Under the pieces are notes generated by a model. That model worked only from the letters and a program-made list of their open reading frames with translations. It ran no database searches and was not told the origin of the DNA. 64,000 bases of DNA from Synechococcaceae cyanobacterium (lineage in GTDB: Bacteria > Cyanobacteriota > Cyanobacteriia > PCC-6307 > Cyanobiaceae). A program made the translations under genes and the position numbers. This document shows positions 20,187-27,201 of the stretch, in pieces. Where the stretch lies: positions 25,095 to 89,094 of the forward strand of contig JBKDSQ010000058.1 in assembly GCA_046340895.1 (NCBI GenBank), written 5' to 3'. Each line of letters begins with the position of its first letter. Positions within the stretch are counted from its first letter, which is position 1.

Positions 20187-21731
20187 CTACGGGCCCTCGG
20201 CGAGGCTGGCGGCGGCGCTGGCGCGGATCGCGGCCAGCTCGCTGGCGGGGATCTTCTCCAGCTGCCGCAGCACCAACGCCATGCGCGGGTTGGCGCGCAG
20301 GGAGTCGTGATGGCGGGCGAGGAAATCCCAGTAGAGGCTGGTGAAGGGGCAGGCGTCGGGGCCGCTGCGCTGCTTGGTGCTGTAGCGGCAGCCTTTGCAG
20401 TAGGTGCTCATCCGCTGGATGTAGGCGCCGCTGGCGGCGTAGGGCTTGCTGGCGAGGCGGCCACCGTCGGCGAAGAGACCCATTCCGAGCACGTTGGTCT
20501 GCATCACCCAATCGAAACCGTCGATGAACATGCGCTGGAACCAGGCCGTGAACGCCTGCGGATCGAGGCCGGCGAGCAGGCCGTAGTTGGCGAGCACCAT
20601 CAGGCGCTGGATGTGGTGCGCGTAGCCGCTGGCATGGAGTTCAGCGAGCACGGTGTCGAGGCAGGCCATGCCGCTGGTTCCCAGGCTGTCCAGCCAGTGG
20701 GGCAGCGGCCGGGTGGTGCCGAAATGGTTGAGCGCCGTGTAGTCGGCGCCGAACCAGTGGTAGAGGCCGTGGGTGTATTCGCGCCAGCCCAGGATCTGGC
20801 GGATCACGCCCTCCAGGCTGGCGAGCGGCGTGCCGCGCTCCAGCCCGGCGGCTTCGAGCCGGCGGATCACCTCCAGCGGATGGAGCAGGCCGAGGTTGAG
20901 GTAGGGGCTGAGCAGCGCATGCCAGAGGGTGGGCTGGCCGCTCACCATCGCGTCCTGGTAAGGCCCGAAGCCATCGAGGCGGGTGGCGATGAAGTGCTCC
21001 AGCACCTGCAGCGCCTGGGCGCGCGACACGCCCCAGCCAAAGGGCCGCGCAACCCCGGGCAGTGGCGGCAGGCCGGCGGCAAGGCGTTCCGCTGCGAGCG
21101 CTTCCACGCGCGCGATCACGGCCTCGGTGATGGCATCGGGCTGGAACTGCAGCGGCGGCGGCCCCTGCAGCCCCTTGGGCGGCGCCTTGCGGTTGTCGTG
21201 GTCGTAATTCCACTGGCCGCCCAGCGGCTCCGGCCCATCCATCAGCACCTCGAAGCGGCGCCGCCCCTCGCGGTAGAAGAACTCCATCCGCAGCTGCTTG
21301 TAGCGGCCGGCCCAGGCGGCGAAGTCTTGTCGGCTCCAGAGGAAGGCGTTGGAGGGATGCCACAGCAGCCGCAGCGGCCGGTGGGCGGCGATGGCGGCGA
21401 CGGCGCGTTCGATGGCGGCGCGGAAGGGCCGATCGGCCGGCTCCATCAGGTGGAGTTCCTCGATGCCGTGTTCGGCGCACCAGGCGTCGAGGGCGGTGGA
21501 GAAGCTCTCCGCCTCCAGGGCATCCACCTGCCAGCCGTTCAGGCGCAGCTCGGCGGCGAAGTGGCGCATGGCGCTCCACACCAGCACCAGTTTCTGTTGG
21601 TGGAAGGCATGGCGGGCCAGAACTGACGTGCTCTCGATCAGCAGCACCCGCGCCGCGCCGGGCTGGTGGGCCGCCAGGGCGCTCTGGCCGGCATGGAGCT
21701 GATCCCCCAACACCCAGACGCCGATGCTCAT
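20187..21731 (-). CDS. Cryptochrome/photolyase-family protein, FeS-BCP / (6-4) photolyase-like
   Basis: ATG at 21729-21731 (MSIGVWVLGDQL, the COG3046-type N-terminus). The C-terminus has four Cys (CKGC...C...C, in YCKGCRYSTKQRSGPDACPF), as expected for the 4Fe-4S cluster of this subfamily. Confidence 0.85.
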   Translation of the reverse strand: MSIGVWVLGDQLHAGQSALAAHQPGAARVLLIESTSVLARHAFHQQKLVLVWSAMRHFAAELRLNGWQVDALEAESFSTALDAWCAEHGIEELHLMEPADRPFRAAIERAVAAIAAHRPLRLLWHPSNAFLWSRQDFAAWAGRYKQLRMEFFYREGRRRFEVLMDGPEPLGGQWNYDHDNRKAPPKGLQGPPPLQFQPDAITEAVIARVEALAAERLAAGLPPLPGVARPFGWGVSRAQALQVLEHFIATRLDGFGPYQDAMVSGQPTLWHALLSPYLNLGLLHPLEVIRRLEAAGLERGTPLASLEGVIRQILGWREYTHGLYHWFGADYTALNHFGTTRPLPHWLDSLGTSGMACLDTVLAELHASGYAHHIQRLMVLANYGLLAGLDPQAFTAWFQRMFIDGFDWVMQTNVLGMGLFADGGRLASKPYAASGAYIQRMSTYCKGCRYSTKQRSGPDACPFTSLYWDFLARHHDSLRANPRMALVLRQLEKIPASELAAIRASAAASLAEGP

Positions 21732-22102
21732 GCCGGCGGACCCTCGATCTGGCTGAGCCGGCAGGCGCGCCGCGCCACGGCGGCGCCATAGCCGCGCTCC
21801 ACAGAGCCGAACTCGGGGCTGATGCGTCCGTCGCGGCAGTCGACGGTGATGCGTTCGTGGTGGCCGCGCTGGTCGCTGAGGCGCAGCCGCAACTGATAGG
21901 GGCGGGCGGGGTTGCGGTGGAAGTCGTCGCCGCACACCGGACCCACGCAGAGACCGGGTGCGGCGCGGGCAGGGCTCGGGCCAGCGAAGGCGAACAGCAG
22001 CAGGAGCGCCAGGGCCGCCAGAGCCTCCCCGCCGCCTGCCAGAGCAGGCCAGCGGGGCCTTTCCGGTGGCCGCGAACCGAAGCGGAGGCGAAGGCAAGGC
22101 AA
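21728..22102 (-). CDS. Small exported Cys-containing hypothetical protein
   Basis: High GC3. Signal-like ALAALALLLLFAFAGPSPARA. Its stop overlaps the photolyase ATG (ATGA), which suggests translational coupling. The start is unclear: TTG at 22102 is my guess, and the ORF is open to 22225. Confidence 0.5.
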   Translation of the reverse strand: MPCLRLRFGSRPPERPRWPALAGGGEALAALALLLLFAFAGPSPARAAPGLCVGPVCGDDFHRNPARPYQLRLRLSDQRGHHERITVDCRDGRISPEFGSVERGYGAAVARRACRLSQIEGPPA

Positions 22103-22158
22103 GGGTGCAGCCCCGGGCAGGATCGCTGCATCCTGATGCCTCGTGGCGGGTGAGGGGC

Positions 22159-22470
22159 TCAGCTCTCCCCCTCGCCGACGGGTTCCGTGGATGCCGTACC
22201 CAGGAAGGCCCGGTTCTGGGCCCAATAGATGTGGATCGGCTTTTCATTGCGCAGGAGATCCAGCACGCTCTGGAACATGGTGCTCGGGAGGTGCATCAGG
22301 ATCATGCCGCCGTTGTTGGCATCTGCCTCGAAGGCCATGCCGGGGTCGTTGAAGCGCACGTAGGCGATCGGTGTGCCCGTGGTGCCGTAGAGGGTGATCT
22401 GGGAACGGTTCGTCTGGTAGCCGCTTGGGCCGCCGTAAACGAGCACGTGGTAGTTGGTGACTTCGGCCAT
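22159..22470 (-). CDS. Hypothetical 103-aa protein
   Basis: ATG at 22470 preceded by AGGAG about 7 nt upstream (minus-strand sequence ...gcaggagaatcccATG). Coherent codon usage. No family recognised. Lies at the left border of the AT-rich island. Confidence 0.6.
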   Translation of the reverse strand: MAEVTNYHVLVYGGPSGYQTNRSQITLYGTTGTPIAYVRFNDPGMAFEADANNGGMILMHLPSTMFQSVLDLLRNEKPIHIYWAQNRAFLGTASTEPVGEGES

Positions 22471-22797
22471 GGGATTCTCCTGCCTCGAATGGCATGTGGC
22501 ACTGAATTCAGGCTAGAGCTGATAGGCGCGAATCAACGATGAACTTTGGTGACGGATACCACGACTTGCGATGTGAACATGAATGACAACAGCAAAGTCG
22601 GCAAGAAATCAGATGCAATGATCGGTAGGCTGGATCTCAATCTTTGGCCACGCGCAAGTTCGGCATTTCCCCGGGACAATCACAGCCTGAAAACGGAAAC
22701 ACATAGAAACCTCCATGTGGACGGATGCGAGCTGGTGGCAGGCGAGCAGGCCTCGCTGGCACTCCTCGTGAGGCATCCATCAAATCAGGCAGAGAGC

Positions 22798-23541
22798 TCA
22801 GCCCCCCACCACCAGGGCATCGGCAATCTCATAGCGCTCACCATTCTCCCCAAGACGGATCACAGAGAGATCACCCCGCCGCTGCACCAAAAGCTTCTCC
22901 GGTTGATCGGAAGCCACCGCTTTGCCATTCACGAACAGAAACTGCCGCTTCTGGCCCTCGGGATTGGTGACCACCACAGTGCCGCTTTTGTTGGCCCTGC
23001 GAATCACGCTGGCTTTGCACCAGGCGGCCTTACCACTGCTCCCAGACGCACAGGCCACTTCCCCTGAGGCGTGATAGGGAGTGCCGGGAACCAGAGCATC
23101 CTGGGAAGCCGGCACAGGAACGAGGGAGGTGCCGCTGATCCCCACACGAAGGCTGTAGCGGCTCGATTCCTTGCGGCGCGCCGCTGCACGCATCAGATAC
23201 ACCCGCACCGTTACATCGCCATCACTGGGCAGGAGGCCACGGAAGCTATTGTCTGAGCTGCTGCCGATGAACAGGGCGCTCTCCGCACCCGCCGCCATCA
23301 CGTTGAAATAGTTCTGGGGGTTGGAACCCTTCAGTTCCACCGTCAGGGTTTGACCAGCGCCTGCTCGCAGTTTGTAGTCGACGGTCTGGTAGCCCTTGAG
23401 CTGGCCTTGGAGCAGGGTGGAATCGGTGCCGACTCGAAAGTTGACCCTTTGGCTCTGGATTGCAGGCTGGGCAACGCCAATCGCAGCCGGGAGGGTGGTT
23501 GCCAGGAGGCAAGCGGCAACGGTGGCGAGCAATGCACGCAT
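22798..23541 (-). CDS. Exported hypothetical protein (island ORF D)
   Basis: ATG at 23539-23541 gives MRALLATVAACLLATTLPAAIGVAQP, a signal peptide. Beta-rich mature part with paired Cys (VACASGSSGKAAWC). Intermediate G+C. Confidence 0.65.
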   Translation of the reverse strand: MRALLATVAACLLATTLPAAIGVAQPAIQSQRVNFRVGTDSTLLQGQLKGYQTVDYKLRAGAGQTLTVELKGSNPQNYFNVMAAGAESALFIGSSSDNSFRGLLPSDGDVTVRVYLMRAAARRKESSRYSLRVGISGTSLVPVPASQDALVPGTPYHASGEVACASGSSGKAAWCKASVIRRANKSGTVVVTNPEGQKRQFLFVNGKAVASDQPEKLLVQRRGDLSVIRLGENGERYEIADALVVGG

Positions 23542-23687
23542 CGGACGCTTAGGAGTGGGGCTTTCGGAGACTAGCCCGCTTGCTCTCTGAAATACTAGCC
23601 GCCGCATATCAACTGACGCGAATGGTTAGTCACCATGCCTGGATACATTGAGGAGGATACATATTAAACCACCAAATGACAGATATT

Positions 23688-24092
23688 CTAACGGATAAGT
23701 TCAGCGGTTGACGCGGGCGTATGCGTCAATCCGCAGCAACGCCGGGCTGGAACAGGCGTGCGGCCAATGGAATAAAACACTGGTGTGCAAGCATGGAAGG
23801 AATAATCACCTTTCGGCCGCAATAATGCAATTATCGCAACGATGACTAGATAGTCAGGCTTAAGACGAAGGAAGAAGGTGGGTTCACCGCACTTTGATTT
23901 TCCAAAGCCCACGCAGAACTCGAATACCCATTGAAGATGACTTTCGAGTGGCGGGGAGGAAATCTGACTTATCGCTGCCATAGCATACAGTCCGGCGAAT
24001 ACGAGAAAGACATTTATCCCGATATACCAAGCCTCTCCGATTTCTTCACGATATAGCGGTTTTCGTGTGCGAATCCATTCATAGCCTTTCAT
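23688..24092 (-). CDS. Small membrane protein (island ORF C)
   Basis: 134-aa ATG ORF in the AT-rich region. Hydrophobic segments WYIGINVFLVFAGLYAMAAISQI and YLVIVAIIALL. No family recognised. Confidence 0.5.
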   Translation of the reverse strand: MKGYEWIRTRKPLYREEIGEAWYIGINVFLVFAGLYAMAAISQISSPPLESHLQWVFEFCVGFGKSKCGEPTFFLRLKPDYLVIVAIIALLRPKGDYSFHACTPVFYSIGRTPVPARRCCGLTHTPASTAELIR

Positions 24093-24267
24093 GCGTCAGA
24101 AAGCTACCCACGCTATCATTGCGGACGGAACAAATAAGAGAAGTATGCTCATAAGACTTGCGGGGTGCGTCTAACGCCCTTGATCTAGCGCGTAAGTATG
24201 TTGGCATGGCTTTTGCGCCCTTTGGAAAAGGAATGACGACATACTTTCTTCGCTCAGGATCGGTTTA

Positions 24268-25563
24268 CTAGGCATGATCATCACCTACACCTAAACCTCT
24301 AAGAATCTCCCAGACAGGAAGAAATGCTCGCAGCGTGCCATATGAGTACATTGGCAAATCATCATGGTAATAAAGACCCTCCTTCATCTCGAACATGTGG
24401 CTGACATATCTTGAGTAAATGTCTCTTAGAAGTCCTGTTTGAAATATATCTAGATTGTGAGTGAACACGGAGCTGATCATCGATGTCTTAACTCCATACC
24501 AATCAGGGAGCGAGATCTCGCAGCGTACACTCTTCCCGTGACGGTTGAGAAAGCACTTATCAAACTCGTCCTTTACCGCTCTTATTGCGAAATCATGAAA
24601 GCCTGACTCCATAGATTCTAGCCAGAGATCTTTCTCATGCTCGTCTAACTGGTCGTAGATAGCTTGTATTTCAGTAACCCTACCCTCCCTAGTCTCGCCA
24701 AATATCTCTCCCTCATGGCAGGACCCTCGAAAAGAAGCAAAAGGATTGACGAAAACCGCATATATAGCATTTGGGTATGGGAAGATCTGGCCAATTTCAC
24801 CCCATTGTTGCGTCGCATAGACAAGAGAGTGGAAACCTTGTGCCTCCAAACGATGAGAAATCGCGCTCGAGATTGTGTTTAGGGCACTCTTGGAGTATTC
24901 GGGAATTTGTCCCCCGTTCTCTACATCTATGTCGATCCATCCCTTTACTTCTTCGAACTCTATTGCGACGACATACATTGAACGATCGTCAAGGAGGTTA
25001 TTCTCAAACCATTGATAGTACGACGCATCAGGATAGTAGATTTCTAGATTTATCTTGCTGTTCTCTTCCCTTGGGACAAGAGCGAGTGATGATTTTCCAT
25101 TTCCGAGCACTTCCTGCACATAAGCATCTCTAACTGTTCTGCTCTCCATTGGTGCAACAAGGACAGTATTGATAGCTTTTTCAGTAAGCCCCGGGAAGAT
25201 TGAGCAGAAGTGATTCGAATAAGCAAGCAACTCCGTGAAAGCCTGCCGCTCAGTTTGTTTCGACTTCTTTAACTCAATGATCGTGAGTCCAATGCATTCT
25301 GAGTTCCCGAATAAGTCTATTCGTGTTGTTGAGTCTCCAGTTCTTTCTAGCCTAAGCTCTCGTGCGGACAGAACCAGAGATTCAAGTCCAGCAACAATCG
25401 AGTTAATTCTTGTTTCCACAATTTGCTGCAATAGTATGCTTATCGGAGGGAATTCTTCCTTTGCCCATGAAATTGGCTCTCGTCGTCCACGAATGAGCCT
25501 GTGAAACGACTCTTTGTAATTCTCAAAGAGATGGTCTCTTAACTGGTTCTCGGTGTGTAACAT
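24268..25563 (-). CDS. PD-(D/E)xK nuclease-like protein, NucS/DUF1016-like N-terminal core plus unknown 300-aa region (island ORF B)
   Basis: 431-aa ATG ORF in the lowest-G+C part of the window. Residues about 5-120 read ENQLRDHLFEN...TRIDLFGNSECIGLTIIELKKSKQTERQAFTELLAYSNH, i.e. D83...E97-x-K99...Q107...Y115. This is the layout I know from NucS-C/YhcG-type endonucleases. The assignment is by eye only. Confidence 0.7.
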   Translation of the reverse strand: MLHTENQLRDHLFENYKESFHRLIRGRREPISWAKEEFPPISILLQQIVETRINSIVAGLESLVLSARELRLERTGDSTTRIDLFGNSECIGLTIIELKKSKQTERQAFTELLAYSNHFCSIFPGLTEKAINTVLVAPMESRTVRDAYVQEVLGNGKSSLALVPREENSKINLEIYYPDASYYQWFENNLLDDRSMYVVAIEFEEVKGWIDIDVENGGQIPEYSKSALNTISSAISHRLEAQGFHSLVYATQQWGEIGQIFPYPNAIYAVFVNPFASFRGSCHEGEIFGETREGRVTEIQAIYDQLDEHEKDLWLESMESGFHDFAIRAVKDEFDKCFLNRHGKSVRCEISLPDWYGVKTSMISSVFTHNLDIFQTGLLRDIYSRYVSHMFEMKEGLYYHDDLPMYSYGTLRAFLPVWEILRGLGVGDDHA

Positions 25564-25698
25564 GAAAGATCACTTTATTTTTTGAGTTTACGCCTATTGC
25601 CTAACGCCGAAGTTAATCTGCAAAGCCGGGTGCGCTGGACCGGAACTGCCGAGGAGGGATGGCCGGCTTTGTCATTTTCAACGTCACGTTAGACAACT

Positions 25699-26856
25699 CT
25701 ACTGAGATACCCGGACTGCTTCATCATACAGACCGTACGCCCGAAGTAGCCGCAGGGAGTCGCGACCGTCGATTAAGCAGTAGCGGCGCGACCTGCCCGG
25801 ATGCACCGCGAATGCGCGCAAGGTCGCACGCACAGGCGGGGTGATCTCGTGTGAATGCTGAACAAAGAGAACGTCGGCTGGCTCTTGTGCCAATCGGTAT
25901 ATCTGGTCGTTGTTCTTGCCGAGGTGATTCAGACCCATTGGAGCGAACCTCGCGGGACCCTTCAACAAGAATGCCCCGGAGACTCGGCGCCCGCCGAGAT
26001 GTAGATGAGCAGTGAAGTGGTCCGACTGTTCTCCGCCCCAGTCCTTGGTTACCGGGTCTCCAAGAATCCGCGCAAGGCTCACCTTGAACGCATTCTCCGA
26101 AACAAGCTTCATGGGTTCAACGGAATCCGGCACCGGTTCGTCATTGACCTTGTCGAACTCACAAAAGTCTTCGATGAAGTGCTCAAAAAAGTCTTGTGTC
26201 CACCAAATGATCTCGTCAGCCCAAGCGGGGTCCTCCGACCGTAACCACGGTGCCCCGATGATCAAGGGCCTGAAGTAGAGACTGTTCCCTTCCTTGCGGT
26301 TGAATACGGCGATGATGGACTGCAGGGCACCAGTAGTAAGCTCCGTGCGCGTGGTGTCAGCATGGATGTGCTTCGTTGAATACTCAAGTAGGACTCGGTA
26401 CTCCGTCGTCCCGGCTGGCTTGATCTCGCTCGAGGTCCGTTCCGACTCGTAAACAGCCCCGTTCGGAAGCAACTGCTCGGTCGAGCAGAACATCCTCCCG
26501 GCCCCAGCGCTGAGCAACTGTGCGAGCGTGGGAATCCTATTGACGTTGCAGAACGCCAGCATGACGTCCGTGTAGATGTGATCGAGACGGATAGATGCTT
26601 GCCACTCGGGATGGGGTGGCAGCCGAGTGGTCATTTCGTCGACGACCTTGATGCCGGCTGGCCCGAGCACGCTCTGGACTGCCCGGCGGTTCACGAAGCC
26701 GGGGTCGATTGTGTGTTCAAGCGGGAGCGCCCGCTTGGATGGTGATAGTTGCTGCCGGATGGGTGAGCCGTCTGTCATCGACCGTGTGGGTTGTCTAACG
26801 ATTATGGATAAATCGCGCTCAGTCGAGATCTTATCCGAAGTTGAACAAGCCGTCAA
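25699..26856 (-). CDS. Restriction-endonuclease-like protein with unknown N-terminal domain (island ORF A)
   Basis: 385-aa ORF from TTG 26856, or 359 aa from ATG 26778. The C-terminal block KDWGGEQSDHFTAHLHLGGRRVSGAFLLKGP...LFVQHSHE has an E/D...xK arrangement (E276, D279, K299, with later acidic E337) that resembles a type II/IV REase catalytic core. No P-loop or methylase motif. Confidence 0.65.
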   Translation of the reverse strand: MTACSTSDKISTERDLSIIVRQPTRSMTDGSPIRQQLSPSKRALPLEHTIDPGFVNRRAVQSVLGPAGIKVVDEMTTRLPPHPEWQASIRLDHIYTDVMLAFCNVNRIPTLAQLLSAGAGRMFCSTEQLLPNGAVYESERTSSEIKPAGTTEYRVLLEYSTKHIHADTTRTELTTGALQSIIAVFNRKEGNSLYFRPLIIGAPWLRSEDPAWADEIIWWTQDFFEHFIEDFCEFDKVNDEPVPDSVEPMKLVSENAFKVSLARILGDPVTKDWGGEQSDHFTAHLHLGGRRVSGAFLLKGPARFAPMGLNHLGKNNDQIYRLAQEPADVLFVQHSHEITPPVRATLRAFAVHPGRSRRYCLIDGRDSLRLLRAYGLYDEAVRVSQ

Positions 26857-27201
26857 CCAAGAAGCCCCGGTCTACTGCAGAAAGATCAGGCCCTTCCTCA
26901 GGCTTTCTTTGGATTTCCGAATAGGCACAAGAGCCTAGGGCTGGCGGTTGGTGCGTTCCCTGCTGTCTTTGCGAGCAATGTAACGGCACAGCGGCTGACG
27001 ACCAGTCTATTCCCATGGCAAGCTGTCCGCGATTGTCTTGAGCGGCTACAGGCTAAGGTCTATTTCCCTTCTTGGGGTAGACGGATCAGCCCGGAGCTGG
27101 ACTGCTCTCCCGCACCCGCACCGCCACGATCTCCATCACCCCGCCACAGAGCGGACAGTAGATCGGAGGCCTGGGTTGCTGTAGTCGGGGCTCCGGCAGC
27201 A

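Larger units (their letters stand above)
22471..27201. other. AT-richer genomic island (probable horizontal acquisition) between the photolyase-like cluster and uvrC
   Basis: Abrupt G+C drop. Hand counts give about 47% for lines 24301 and 24901, against about 75% for line 27481. Intergenic spacers are longer (135-320 nt). Four ORFs have no recognisable core function. No mobility genes. Confidence 0.8.

Noticed and set aside
22546-23067. 173-aa plus-strand ORF in the island's left spacer
   Set aside because: More than half of it is antisense to the exported-protein gene (ORF D), which has a clear signal peptide. The remaining 250 nt have no coding signature I can defend.
24168-25607. Shared 8-mer ctaacgcc downstream of ORF B (about 24168) and upstream of ORF B (about 25600)
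   Set aside because: A single 8-mer occurring twice in about 1.4 kb, without extended similarity, is compatible with chance.
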